A DNA stretch of 64,000 nt from Podarcis melisellensis (GCA_964234715.1 OZ174280.1); one strand, 5' to 3'; counted from the stretch's first letter, positions 37,927-51,612 are shown. Made by a program: numbers and translations. The notes: a model not told the origin generated them from the letters alone.

Positions 37927-38172
37927 TAGAATCATAGAATTGTAGAGTTGGGAGGGACCCAGAGGGTCATCTAGTCCAACCAGGAATCTCAACTAGATTA
38001 TACATGACAGATGGCCATGCAACCTCTGCTTAAAAAGACTCCAAAGAAGGAGAGGCCACTACCACTTGTGGGAGTCTGTTCCACTGTGGAGCAACTCTTA
38101 CTGTCAGAAATTATTCCTGATCTTTAGTCAAAATCTCCTTTCTTGTAACTTGAATCCATTGGTTCAGGTCCG
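37927..38172 (-). mobile_element. CR1 LINE 3' end
   Basis: TAGAATCATAGAAT is the reverse complement of the CR1 terminal ATTCTATG octamer, followed by gagttgggagggaccc...catctagtccaacc. Confidence 0.85.
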
Positions 38173-39832
38173 TTTCCAGTAAGAGAATGATCAGAGAGAT
38201 TAGTCTGAACTCTCACCAATATAATTAATTCCCTAACTCTCCGAATACATTGAAACTGTGAAACAGGTTTCTCAAACTAGAAACTTTTAATGAACATCGG
38301 CATGGGCACACCACATTTTGTAGAACTGCTTGTCTCAGACATTAGAAGGCAAGCTTCAGAAACAGGAGGCTAAAAGCTAATACCAGTGAACCTCAACGGA
38401 AGGTTGTCTTGGAGCCAGAGTTAACCATGTATTACTATTATCCAAAAGTGCAAAGAATCTAGATTCATTCATGTTCTTTCTGTGTTGTCTTATTAGGAAA
38501 CTTGAAATCAGTTAACCTAATCAGTTAGGTTAGGCTGATTGGCCACCAAAATTCCCATTGCAAACTGAGGCTATGACAAGTAAGGTGGTACATACAGAGA
38601 GAGCCAATGGATGGAATTTAGGCATAGAGCATGGGTCAGTTCCCGTAACCAGCAGTGTACAGCCATATTTCTAGAACTGTATCACAAATGTGCACGTAGC
38701 CTCTTAGCATAAAAGTGGGCTGTACCTCTTATTCTTTTAATGAGAGCAGACATAGATTCCACAAGAAGGAATGTTGTCAGGTAGCAGCTGAAGTTGTATC
38801 TGTGTTCTTTGGTTTGACTTGTGTATACAATTTTTCATAATTATGCTTGTGGAGTATTTAGTCCGTTTTGTGGTTTGGCCCTTGAGGAATACACACTAGA
38901 GACAAATTAGTTTCCTTCTCTCTGTGTAAACATGTGGATGCAGCTGGAAAATGTGAAGGTGGATGGATTGTACATGCATTTGCTCTTTCTGCTGTGTTGT
39001 CTTGCTGTGTTGTCTGTTTGGGTGGTCTGTTGGGAGCTGGGCAATTAGACTAAGCATTTCTCACTTAACTGTCCAGCAGTTAAACTGATCCTAGATGTTC
39101 AGAGGAAAGTTCCATATTTGTGCCAGTGTTTAGCTTGGCATGAAAAGTGTGTAGTTTATTGAGCTAGCTGTGCTTGGCTGTAAGTCTGTTTGTGTTATTT
39201 CTGCTACACTTTTATTATTAAATCGTTGGCAGTGGTAGGTTCTCATTTGAAACTAGGGTGCCCTATAGCTTAGAAGAATATGTTTTTATCTCTCTTGACC
39301 CAAGGCCTAGTGTGCTTTGTGGTATGAGGGGAAATTGTTTTCTTGTACTTGTGATATGCTAGGGTTATCTGTGACACATTGCACTATGCGGTACAAAGAA
39401 AGTTAGTCACATGTTTTCATATTTTTGTTCCCTAAGTTCTTAATGTTTCTACTTTTCCTTAATTGAGTAAGATAGCTCTGCTTGAATCGTTTCAGATGGG
39501 CAGGAGTTCCTCTTCACATCTCTTAGTATAGCAAGGTCAAGTTTCCCTAATCATTCATTGGTCAGTGTTCTCATGCAGTGAATGCTTTTGTTGCCCTTTA
39601 TTTCAGGTGTAGCTTTCTCTATGATATCCAGAATAGCAACAGGTCCCAAACCTTTGTTAAGATTGATGCACTCATTAGCATATTTGTTTGAATTGTTCTT
39701 TCTTAATACTTACCTATAATTTTTTTTAAAGTGTGAAATTTCCCAGTTTTTGATGCATGGAATAAAACATTTTTACCTCTTTTTTATTACCCCTATACTT
39801 GAAATTTGAAATATCTGCAGTATCTTCTTGAC

Positions 39833-39905
39833 CAGGCATAGGCAAACTCAGCCCTCCAGATGTTTTGGAACTACAACTCCCATCATCCCTGACCACTGGT
39901 CTTGT
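39833..39905 (+). mobile_element. Left half of a hAT-type hairpin MITE
   Basis: CAGGCATAGGCAAACT...CCAGATGTTTTGGAACTACAACTCCCATCATCCCTGACCA; related to the 31038 and 28360 elements. Confidence 0.7.
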
Positions 39906-40209
39906 TACTTGACTATCAATGGCAAATTTGGATGGCCTTTTAGGCTACAAAGTATATATTATCATGCAAGCACAACATTAATTATTGTTGAATATGTATG
40001 ATATAATTGACTTTCTTATAAATCAATCTGAGAACTGATTATTCAAATTTTCTATATATGTGAGTTTCTTTTTCAGTTATGAGTCTGAAGAATATTCAGC
40101 TTGTGAATGTGGATCTCCCATCTTCCTCTGTACGCTCTTATGAGAATTGCACCACACATATGTGTATCAGTAATAGACATTTTGAGATACTTTTTTAAAG
40201 ATAGAGTGG

Positions 40210-41355
40210 TAAGACTACTCCTTAAGAAGCCCTCATTGGATTAGGAAAATCTAAGTAATTACTGGCCAGTTGCCTATCTCCCCATCTTGGGCAAGGTTCT
40301 TGAGTGGGTGGTCATGGACCAGATCCAAGTGCTCTTGGAGGAAACTGATTTTCTAGATCCATTTCAGTTGGGGTTTTGCCACAGAAACTGCTTTGGTCAC
40401 CCTATATAAAGACCTTTGTTGGGAGAGAGACAGGAAAAATATGTCCTTGGTCATTCTTCTTGACTATCAGAGTAGGCGGTGGGTGGCATTCCTTTGCAGT
40501 GGTTCCAGTCCTACTTGGACAGTCTTTTCCAGAAGGTGATGCTTGAGGAGTGCTCTTTGACCCCATGTAGGCTTCATTGTGGGGTTCCTCAGGGTTCATT
40601 TTATATCCGATGCTGTTTAACATCTACATGAAACTGTTTAGTGGGTTTATCTGGAGCTTTGGAGTCTGTTGTCAATAATACGCTGATGACACACAGCTCT
40701 ACTTCTCCTTTATCATTGTCTTTCCTTGGTAATGGACTGGATGACAGCCAACAAATTGAAGCTCAATGCAGATAAGACTGAACCACTGTTAGAGGGTGGT
40801 TCTCTACACTGGATGAATCGGAGGTTGCCTGCTCCTGATGGGGTTGCTCTCCCTTTGAAAGAGTGGGTATGTAGCTTGGGGATACTCTTGGAACCTTTGC
40901 TGTTGCTGGATGCTAAATTGGCTTTGGTGGCATGGCCCAGCTGTGCCCCTGTCTGCACAGTGAGAGCCTAACTTCTGTTGTTAATTACTCTGGTAATCTC
41001 TAAGTTAGATTACTGCAACACTTTATATGTGGTGCTGCCTCTGAAAATGGTTTGGAAACTTCAGCTGGTGCAGAATTCGGCAGGCAGGTTGCTCACCGGG
41101 GCAGTAATATTTTTGAGCATATTAGACTGATCCTGGCCTGACTGTTGCTTGTAAGCTAGTTTCCAGGTCCGATTCAAAGTGCTGCTTTTGACCTATAAAG
41201 CCTTAAACAGCCCAGAACTTCAATACCTCAAGCACCACCTCTCCCCATATAAACTGACCTGGACTGTTCAATCATCATCTGAGGCCCTTCTTCATGTGCT
41301 TCCTTCATGAGAAGTCCAGAGGGTGGCAACGCAAGAACATGCCTTTTCTGCAGTT
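40210..41355 (+). mobile_element. L2 LINE reverse-transcriptase fragment, decayed
   Basis: Conceptual translation gives LLKKPSLD, LPILGKVLEWVV...LLEETDFLDPFQ, the catalytic YADDTQLY (tac at 40679), DWMTANKLKLNADKTE, SKLDYCN, KLQLVQNSA and FKVLLLTYKALN. Many stops and deletions. Confidence 0.92.
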
Positions 41356-42833
41356 CAAAGGGTCCGAGTATGGCTCTTTAATAAGTAACAAGGGTAGAAT
41401 GTATTGCTACAGTAAAGGGTCACTGGGAGTCTGTTGGGTTTAATAGGTCTGAAGGAAGCTTAAAATTCAATTTGCATAATGTATGACACTTGGTTGTTTG
41501 CATCAAATTTATATTGATGCCCACAAGATTTTGTATGGTATTGCAACAAATGACTGAGATATCCACCCATGTAGATCCCCACCCAAAGTGACTGGTGCCT
41601 GTTATGAGTATCATTGCTCAGGAGATACCTAGCAAATCCACAATGATTAATCTTTAGTTGAAGGCACTGGAATTTTAGAGTGTTCAAAGCTTCCAGTCTT
41701 AAGCTATATTTCATTTATATTCCTTGGAACTGTGCTTAGACAAGGCTAGTTTTTGCCTGTTGCAGACTTTGTGTTGATCATGGGATTTATTCAATTGTTT
41801 CCTGCATGATTTTACCTCTTGCAGCCCAAATGTGTAGATAATATGGATCAGGGAAAGTATATAACACTTGCTTTCAGATTTGCACTCACTTAGTGTTAAT
41901 GATTTGTCTTCTCAATAACCTTCCTAAAGGAAAGTTTAATTATATAGTATGTCTTGTAATTAAAATGCTGTTTCTCAAAATGCAGTATTGTTGGCTTGAA
42001 AATGTGACATTATTATCTTGTTTTTTTAAAAGAATGTTGTGTTTTTGCTGGGGTATGGTGAGGTGATGGAATTCATTTGAAAGTTTATTTGACTTGATGA
42101 GAAGGTGTAAATGCAGCCTGTAAATTTTGCACATCAGCACTTGAAGCAGCTGGAAGCAGGGCTGCTACTGTTCCTCCTTTGCTGGGCAGGAATGCAATTT
42201 GGATTGAAACCTCTGTAAGACTTGGGACTGCCAAATGGAACAGGATAGGAGGTTGTTGATACTCGCTTCTGCTATACCCTTTTGACTAAAAATGCAAGGG
42301 TTAAATGTAGTTCTTGGCTATGCTATATACAGACTACAGCATGTGGAAATATATCAATACCCAATCAAAAAACAATTATTCTGGGGTGTCTTGCACTGTT
42401 TCTATAGGGAAACCTATTTTGAAGGTCCTCCCCAAATAAATGCAAGTTTTGTATTTAATTGTGGCAGGAGTTACAAAATAATCTGTTAGAAGGTGAGTGA
42501 TCATGCTTCAGAAAATTTGCAAGACAACTCACATTCAGGATCAAGTTGAAAGAAGTATGTGTGTATATAGAAAATGCAAGTGCATCTTTATTCTTTTTTC
42601 TAGGTTCTTTATGTAAAATAGTCTATTTAGTTCTGACTTTAGAAATTAAGAAACCAGAAATTATTCATCTGGCGGTATGATTTATTAACCATGCTGTCAT
42701 ATCCAGTTTCTAAACTTTTGTGCCCTTCACAAAAGATTATCTTTTTAAAAAGTTTCTGCTCTCTTTTAGGACACCTGATGATGAAGAGTTGTATTGCCTT
42801 AATTACCTGAACTCTCCTGCTTTTGTCTTTCAG

Positions 42834-42876
42834 AATATGACAAACTGGGATTTCTCCTGCAGCTGGATTCCAGACT
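42834..42876 (+). CDS. ST3GAL3: ST3GAL3 43-nt stem exon (exon 4)
   Basis: cttttgtctttcAG|AATATGAC...CAGACT|GTGAGT. Reads (E)YDKLGFLLQLDSR(L) versus human EYDRLGFLLNLDSKL. Phase 1-2. Confidence 0.95.
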
Positions 42877-43489
42877 GTGAGTAGAACTATGGAAAGGCTT
42901 TTTATTGATCTAGCATTATCAGTTTCCTCTGGAGACAAGATAGATTCTGATCCCTAGCTCTGTACGGTAGTGCTCAGTAGTATGGCACAAAATTAACAGA
43001 GCTGGTCGGCAGCTTCTTCCTCATAACTTTTCTCTTGGTCAATAAGATTCACAATTGCACTTTTTGTTGTTGATAGCTGATTGCACTGCACAGTATCTTC
43101 TCAGGAATAAGACCAATGGTGGTAACCTGTACTCCCCCTCCCCAATTTGGCCACTGTATTTTTTTTATGTTGTTTTTATTAGTACTGAGAAGCAACTGGT
43201 GCTGTTGAGCCCTGTCATAGCTCTGGTATTTCAACCTCTTCACCAAGACTAGTGTGACCATAGGGATGTGATCTCCCTCTCTATCTTCTCATTGGATCGA
43301 TCTGACCTGATGAATATTCATATCTGTTCTTCAGTAAGGTATATCACCTTGCCTTGTGTACGTCATAAGCTTTAAAATTAGAACTAAATTTGTAAAATGA
43401 CAGATCACATTCCCTGAACAGGTTTCAAAGGGCAGAAGCTTAACATTGTTTTAGATGTGGGCACTCCATAGTTGGATGCTCCTCCATAG

Positions 43490-43846
43490 GGGACGCGGGT
43501 GGCGCTGTGGGTAAAACCTCAGCGCCTAGGACTTGCTGATCGCATGGTCGGCGGTTCGAATCCCTGCGGCGGGGTGCACTCCCGTTGTTTGGTCCCAGCG
43601 CCTGCCAACCTAGCAGTTTGAAAGCACTTCCGGGTGCAAGTAGATAAATAGGGACCGCTTACCAGCGGGAAGGTAAACGGCGTTCCGTGTGCTACACTGG
43701 CTCGCCAGATGCAGCTTGTCACGCTGGCCACGTGACCCGGAAGTGTCTGCGGACAGCGCTGGCTCCCGGCCTATAGAGTGAGATGAGCGCACAACCCTAG
43801 AGTCTGGCAAGACTGGCCCGTACGGGCAGGGGTACCTTTACCTTTA
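43490..43846 (+). mobile_element. Sauria SINE (Squam1), full length, young
   Basis: Head GGGACGCGGGTGGCGCTGTGGG, B box GGTTCGAATCC, CpG-rich body, (ACCTTT)n tail. TSD CTCCATAG at 43482-43489 and 43847-43854. Confidence 0.93.
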
Positions 43847-46800
43847 CTCCATAGTTGACTGAAAAAGTCAACCTGTGCTGTCAGGCTTACAGTCTAGAAA
43901 TACATGGCACAAAAAGAAAATGGAATGGAAGTGGGGAGAAAATAAGCAAATTACAAGTTTTTAGTTACAAGTTGTTCTAATGACTAGATGGCGAGCGGAT
44001 GTGTTAATAAATTGCTGCTTTCAGGTATAACTCAGGAATGGATCTGCATTCCTTCTCTTGCTTTTGCTGCAGCCTGATGTAATGGCTGCTGCCAGGTGAC
44101 TGTCAATGGAGGACAGAGCCTGTCTTCTCAGCAGAATTGGTGGTGGCCCAGCATCCTTTCTCTTCCTTCCCCTGTTGTAGCCTGATATTAATGGCTGCTG
44201 CCAAGTGACAGTTGCACGGTAGAATGAGCTGTCATTCAAAACATCTGAAGGGCACCAGGGTGGGAATGGCTCTAGTAAGGGCATACACAGTTATCTGAAT
44301 AATGCAGTGACAAGTTACAGAGGAAATGGTAGAATTACTGTAATTTTTTTCTTGCAACTTCATTCAAACCAATTGTCAGTGATTGTCCTACACATAGAGT
44401 AAACTTTGAAAAAAATTAAATTTGAACAATTGCCAGCAATTGTGTTTAATATTGTGCTTTTTCTGTTGCTTCATTTCAGGTTACTATTTAATAGCCAGTG
44501 CAGAAGTATAAAACAGGTGTGAAATGAAGACTAGATTGAAGTAAGCCATAACCAGTGATAAGGTGCAGAGAACTATGTTAGTCTGTAGCAGTAAGAAGAT
44601 ATAATAACAAAGTGTGACACTCTGAGGCATGGATGGGGAACTGTTTCCAGCAGACAAAATGGCTGCTAAGGTTGTCTAACCCCTGTGGGCCATTTTGGCA
44701 TTCTGTCAGGTGGCACATTTTCCTTTGCCCTTGCAGTTTGAAATCAAAACATATGGCTAAAGGCAAAGGACTTAACAAGTGCTGCTGATCAGGTGGCAGG
44801 TAGGCAGGAAAATGGCCGTCTGGCCAAAATGATCCCTACTTAGGCCCACAGGTCATAAGTTCCCCACCACTGCTATAAGGCATGTCAACTAGTTTGTGGC
44901 ACACATAATTTTCCTCAAGCAGGGGAAGGCTACGTAAGATTCATTCACATATATGCCACTTTCCACTTTCTGATAAGATGTGTATACGCACATGCATATA
45001 CATGCACACACACGCGTATATGAGTTAAGGTATGTAAGAATATGACAACACCAGCACCCTTGTATTTCAGTTTTTCATGTGTTCATGTTCTTCCTTATGC
45101 CATGCTCCTTAATATACTCCTAACTCATCACATATTATTAAAATATTGTAGCCAGGACTCAGCCTTTCTATATGTGAAAGATTGGAAGCAAAGAAGTCTC
45201 ATCAGAAGAGAGTTAGTGGAATAGAATTGACTATCCCACTAGCATTATTCCTCTCTTCTTTGTGTGCATCCACTGACTGAGATCAGATGGAGCAACATTT
45301 TGCTTCTACTTCAAGCTTCCATGAGGAAGACTTCATCAGCGGACACAAAAAAAGTGAATCATGCTTTAAGTGTTCTAGTTTGAAGTAGGAATGAGCCAGG
45401 CCATTCCTCCCTGTTCTTCTATTTTTGAGATACCTCTCACTCAAGGACTTCCAGCACTCTGCCCTTCTTAAGCAGAGGGACTGGATCATGGCCTGTATGA
45501 ATTATGAACATTGACCAAGTAGAAGGTAGTTTCCAATCTAGCCCAGTGTTGTTTGCTCTGACTGGCAGTGGCTCTATAGAGCATATGCAGAGGTTTTTCT
45601 GCACCTGTTAAAAGTCTACTTTTAACTGGAAATGCTAAGGATTTGTTAGTACCACTTGTGGAGGCCAGTTTGGGCTTAATTTCAAACTTCAGGAACTAAT
45701 AAGTTCTGATTGTAGACCACAGATTCCTGTCAATAATTAAAGGTATAGTCATTTGATTTTTTTTAAATTGCCCTACCTATTTTGAAGGTGGTTGTCAACA
45801 ATTTTAACAAAAAAAACCCCACATTATTTACAAAAATAGATAATTTGGGCAATTTCATCCAAATCGCTAACTGAGGTCAACCATTTATGTTAGATGTGCT
45901 AGCGAGAGAAATCTAATATCTGCTAACAATTAAGATTTAAGGTTAATTGGGGGCAACAGTCTGTTCATGTTATTTTGTACAATTTTGTTAATTTGTTTTT
46001 AGATCCAAATTCCTAAATACTCCAGCCCATCAAAAGGCAATGGTTGATATAAGTGAGCATCAGACAGAGTTCCAATTTATTCAAATTCTTGAGTATCGAG
46101 CAAGAAATCTGAATTTGGTGACTACCTGCACAGGTCAGGTATAGCTGATTGGGTAGTTGTACCAAAAAGAAATATTTGGATAGATTACATGGACATTTAG
46201 AAAGCATAAATAAACTAAATATTGTTGTAATGGGTTAGGAAATACTGTATTATTCAAATATTTTTGATTTTACTAACAGGTGTGTGTGTGTATATATAAC
46301 ATTTTTTTATTGAAGCCCACAATTTTCTAGCAAAACTGTATATACCATGCTTTCCTTTGATCCATAAGCCATCACTGGATGTTTCCAGTGCAAAAGCAGT
46401 GTCTTGTTACAAAAATTGAAGATTCCAAATGTGGAAAACAATATTTTCTCATATTGGCAAGAAAGTCAAAGGAAAGGGTTAAAAACTAATCTCTCGCTCT
46501 CCAGAGCTCAATGCAGAAGATAATCCTGGGGCAGGGAGAGGTTCAGAGTGGAAGACATCTGGGCATGGTGCTGCATGGATATTATGTTCTGGTTGATGAC
46601 CCTGTTGACAGAAATGGTTTCATTATATGGCTGTTTTGTAGATGTGATTGCCCCTGTGGAATTCTATTGCTGATATGTAACTCTGTAACAGTGCCTTAAT
46701 TGGTGATGGTGTCTCCATGCCTGTATGACTTTGTGAAACAGAGCTTACTGAGCTCTGACAGGGAATTCTTTATCATTTTACCAACAAAGATAAAACAAAT

Positions 46801-47642
46801 GAAGAAACTTTTTTTGTTAAACTAGCTTTTGAATTATGCATATTCCTTGGCTCATAGCCAAGATGCATCTATATTTGGGATGTTATTCAACTGGTGCAAA
46901 TATAATGTGGTATTTTACATTGGGCTGCTTATGACTTTCTCTTTCGTGTGATCTCTGCCTCTTTTTTTACATTGTTGACGTTCAGCCTGTACTGTTCAAT
47001 GTGATGTAAGTCACACTTGTTATGTTCACAGCTAGGTAATGATTGCCTGGTATTATTTTCTAGAATTCATGGGAATTGAAAGGAAATGAGAAAAGGAGGC
47101 TTTCAGTATATCAAGGGGGGAATATTGAGAGTGAGCACTGTGTGAAACTGCATGCGGGCTAATATTGTCAGGCTGAAGTCCTGCCAAATAAGCTGTGTTC
47201 ACACTGAAAATGAAAAGTTGGGGTGCAGAAAAGAGGACAGCCTCATAGGTTTTTTTTTAAATTGGGTGGTAACTTGTACATAAAGCTTTAATCAAATTGG
47301 CAGCTGCTACACATACTGACAGGCACACTGTAAGCTGAATGGCTCTGGCAGACATTTTAGGCACTATATGTAAATTATGCGAAGCTATAGATTGTAGGGC
47401 TGTTTCTTGACCCATATAAACGTACTTGGCAGTCATTCCATTGTCTAGCCTGTCGCTAGAAGAGTAACCTTGCATCAACAGTCTGTGCTTAATCAACTCC
47501 ATAAATAATTGCAGATGGCAGCGTTACTACAGCATGTATTTTGAAGCCCAGAAACATGGATTTGCTATAAACCACACAGATTAACTAAAATAGTGTGTGT
47601 GGTAGTAAATAAACTATAGTATTTATTTGGTGGCTGCATTAG

Positions 47643-48003
47643 GTAAAGGTAAAGGTACCCCTGCCCGTACGGGCCAGTCTTGACAGACTCTGGGGTTGTG
47701 CGCCCATCTCACTTAAGAGGCCAGGGGCCAGCGCTGTCCGGAGACACTTCCGGGTCACGTGGCCAGCGTGACATCGCTGCTCTGGCGAGCCAGAGCCGCA
47801 CACGGAAACGCCGTTTACCTTCCCGCTGGTAAGCGGTCCCTATTTATCTACTTGCACCCGGAGGTGCTTTCGAACTGCTAGGTTGGCAGGCGCTGGGACC
47901 GAGCAGCAGGAGCGCACCCCGCCGCAGGGATTCGAACCGCCAACCTTTCGATCAGCAAGCCCTAGGCGCTGAGGCTTTAACCCACAGCGCCACCTGCGTC
48001 CCC
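47643..48003 (-). mobile_element. Sauria SINE (Squam1), full length, young
   Basis: Reverse complement of the 43490 copy with (AAAGGT)n tail. TSD CTGCATTAG at 47634-47642 and 48005-48013. Confidence 0.93.
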
Positions 48004-48599
48004 ACTGCATTAGTTACTTGCAATGTTAGTGTCAGGTGCTGTGTGCACATACATTCACAAACTTTTAGTAGTGCTGGCTCCAGGGAGATCACATAATTGA
48101 AACTAAGGACTCATGGGAGGGCTTCCCCACCAGCCATTTTCCAGACATTCTGCAAGCTCTGAGGATTTGTCTTTGTTTTATTACATACTTGTGTTATATC
48201 TCCCATATCTATACTAGAAAGGACATATTACACTGTAATTGCAAACTTCTTTGTAAGAAATAAAATGTGTAGAAATTGAGGTCTTTGTCCAAAATAAGAG
48301 GAGAGCCAAAAATAACAACCTTCAACCTCTCAAACCCAAATGAAACTCAACCCAGACTGCGAGAAAACCATAAAAATGGAGGCAGCCTAAGCTTAGGAAC
48401 CCATGGAACTTGAGTTACTAGTGTTTATTTAAATGTCTTCCCTACACAGCATTAACAAAAGCTTAAGCAGATTCCTTTGCCTCTTATTTCTGGGATGGTC
48501 TTGCGAAAAGTGTTTTTCCACTTGAAGCTGAAGACACAAGTATTTAAGTTTTAGGAGGGCATAAATAAATACTTTGGCAGATCCGACTACTTTTACACA

Positions 48600-49010
48600 T
48601 ACCGTGATTGCATTCAGATTAGGTTACTGCAGTGCACTCGATGTGAGGCTGCCCATAAAGAAGTTCAGAAACTACAGCTGGTGCAAAGTGCTGTGTTCAG
48701 CTTTGTGGAATATATTACTTCCGTATTTGTGAATTGCAATGGCTTCCTGTTTCTATCCAGGCACAATTCAAAGTTCTGGTTATAACCTAGAAAGGCCAAA
48801 ATGATTTGGGACCAAGATATTTGAAGGACCTCTTCTCCCAACTAAATTCAACATAAAGAGGCCTTGTTCCATGTCCCTTTGATTTCAGAAGGTTGGTTGG
48901 GACTTATTGTTAGCAGAGGGAACTCCCTCCATTGGGAAGCCAGGTTAGCTCACTCTTTTGGCCTTCAGGAAAGCAGTGAATGAAGACATTCCTGCTTCAC
49001 CAGACATTTT
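48600..49010 (+). mobile_element. L2 LINE 3' fragment, old
   Basis: cagaaactacagctggtgcaaagtgctg (QKLQLVQSA), tggcttcctgtt (WLPV), caattcaaagttctggttataacc (QFKVLVIT). Confidence 0.75.
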
Positions 49011-49124
49011 GTTTGTTTTAATTCCACTACCAATGTGGTTTGTAGTGTTGCTTCTGTTTCTTTTATCTCTCTGTTATTAACTGTATCTTATTGCAGTGAT
49101 CTTAGAGCATATTATCTCTTTAAA

Positions 49125-49230
49125 GAGAGGTTTGCCATGGATACTTTTGTTAAGATTCCTGTATTGCAGGTGGTTGGCCTAGATGACTCCCTAGATGAGT
49201 CCCTTTCAACTGTAGTTCTCTGATTCTATG
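49125..49230 (+). mobile_element. CR1 LINE extreme 3' end
   Basis: ggttggcctagatgac...tccctttcaact...ctgATTCTATG. Confidence 0.75.
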
Positions 49231-51530
49231 GTTGAGCAGCGATTCAAACCAAAGTCTCTTCGGTCTATACCCAGTGCAGTATTCTTTTCACTACTGTGTG
49301 CGTTAAGAGATGTTTCTTTTGAAATGGCTTTGAGCTATATGGTTCCAAGTTTGTCTTGCTGATAACTGTCTACGTTTAGCAAAAGGAATCACGTAAACTC
49401 ATCCACCAAAAGGCCCATTATTATTTTTGTTAATTTTGGGGTTGTGTGGGTTTTTTCCTACTATAATATGCAGATAAACTAGATGGAATATATAGATATG
49501 TATTTGCAAAATTGAACTGACTGGAAACAGATCCTACTAGGATAAGGGGTGATTAGAAGTTTGTTCAACCTTTTGAATGGCAGAATTATATATAGAATAT
49601 GCAGTGCCTAAGCTTTTACAAGGATAAATTCAATAATGAAAGAATGAAATTGAGGTGAAACATAACTAATATTAGGTTAACATATTAGAGGCATCTCTGT
49701 GTGAAAAAAATTTCCAGTCCTGCACACAGTTACCTGAGAGTAAGTCCCATTTAAATCATGGGTAGTCATGCATTGGATTTCACTACTGTTAAGGTTGTAG
49801 ATACTCATCACTAAGAGTATTTTAAATCCGATCTGACAAATCCCCAGTGAATGTACATTATGGGGCGGTCCCAAATTGATATGGAGATGCACTGGAAGAA
49901 CTAATGTCTTTTCATTCTTTAATGGCTAGGATTCTTCTCGCCCACAGGCAAATAAGCAATTGCTTTAACTGTTCACCCATGCTCTGGTGAGCGATTTTGC
50001 CATACTCTGTGGCTTTGTTTTGGTTTTACGTTCTTTTTTCTCCATGGTTCTCTTCATAAGTCATTTTAATTTGTTCTCAGTGTTATCTTATGAAATTTAG
50101 AGCTCATTCTACTAATAAAAATATTTTGTTATTAAGCTGTTAAACGTGTTTTATTTAAAAATCAATGCAGAAAGTTTTAATATCAGTTTTGGCCCCCACT
50201 TCCCTCTGTGTCTCGTTGTGGAGCTGGGCTTTGTGTAAGCTCACCACATGCACAAATAACTAAAATAAATTGTTTTCATCCTTTTCTTACTCGTTGTGCA
50301 AGGAATTTAAATCAATAATGTCTGCCTTCTTTCTAGCTTACTGGTGCGTATATAAATGCAGCTGTATTATTTTGCACAGTATCGTAAATTGGAGTCCTGG
50401 CATGAAAGAAAAATGAACAAAAGTGAAACAGAAATGTACTCTGTGATAATAATGAAATATAACTCTAAGCTCAATTAAAACTGGCTGGATGGACCAAGAG
50501 TATCTTGGTCCACATATGAAGTTTGTGGATGATAGGCTTCTTATTTGCCAGAGGGAAAGCTCCAGAATGCTTGGTGTTGGCAGGGCAGTAGCTTCTGTTT
50601 TAACATGATAACATGACTATTGCTGTTGGGGCAGATTAGCTCTCAACCCTCTCAAAGATAATAGAATTCACATTAATCTCCATCTCGTCTGTGTCTTTTG
50701 AGTCTTGCCTCTTGCATGAAGTCTGATTATATTACTATGCAATTTGTAGGTTCCCCCGTAACTCACTATTGCTTTGAAGATCCCAGCTATTTTCCAGTAT
50801 GGGATCTTGCAAGTCAGAGGCAGATCTAGAATTATGAAATGACATTGCAGTGGGGATTAAATTTGCTTTGATTTCTTAGTTAGGCTCTGACCTATGTGTA
50901 GTATATGATAGTGGTAGGTTTGTTGGGATTAGGGGGGAGGGCTGCTATTCTTTGTGTTGTAGGAAACATGGCGTAGCTGGAGCTGATTTTGAAGCTCCCA
51001 ACACAGGAACGGTGACAGGCTTGCAAATAGAAATGGAAACTAAAAAGTGTTGATCCTACCAGATGCTTACTTTAACAAATAATCAGCCTATCACCCACCA
51101 CTTGGGGGCTTTTCTATAAAATAAAAAGTGATAATTGCAATATAATAAAACAGTTTGAATAGACATAAAAGCTTTGTTTGGTGAAAACTGTAAACAGGTT
51201 CCAAGGAAGTATATATTTAAAGAAGTGTCTTTGAATTCTGAAACCATCTGTAATAAATATTGCAAAAACCAAACAAATAGTTTAACACAGTGGGTGTCAA
51301 ATCTCCAGTCCTGAGGCCCAAAGTCTGTTTCTTGCAGAGCAGGCTCCAGAAGGCTTTAACCTCTGATGATGGGGTGGAGGGAGATGAAGCTGCCTGAAGC
51401 TGTTAGGGAAAACAACACATGAAAAAATGGAAAGCACAGTGGGAGGAAAGGGAGATAAATGTTGATTTCCTATACTGATACTAGTTATATATGTTACTTC
51501 CCAGGGGGAAGGAATACTGCTAACAATAAA

Positions 51531-51612
51531 ATAGAATCATACAATTGCTAAGTTAGAAGGGATCCCGAGGTTCATCTAGTCCAACCCTGCAATGCAGCAA
51601 TCTCAACTAGAT
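51531..51612 (-). mobile_element. CR1 LINE extreme 3' end
   Basis: atagaatcatacaattg...gaagggatcccgaggttcatctagtccaacc; homologous to the 37927 copy. Confidence 0.75.
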
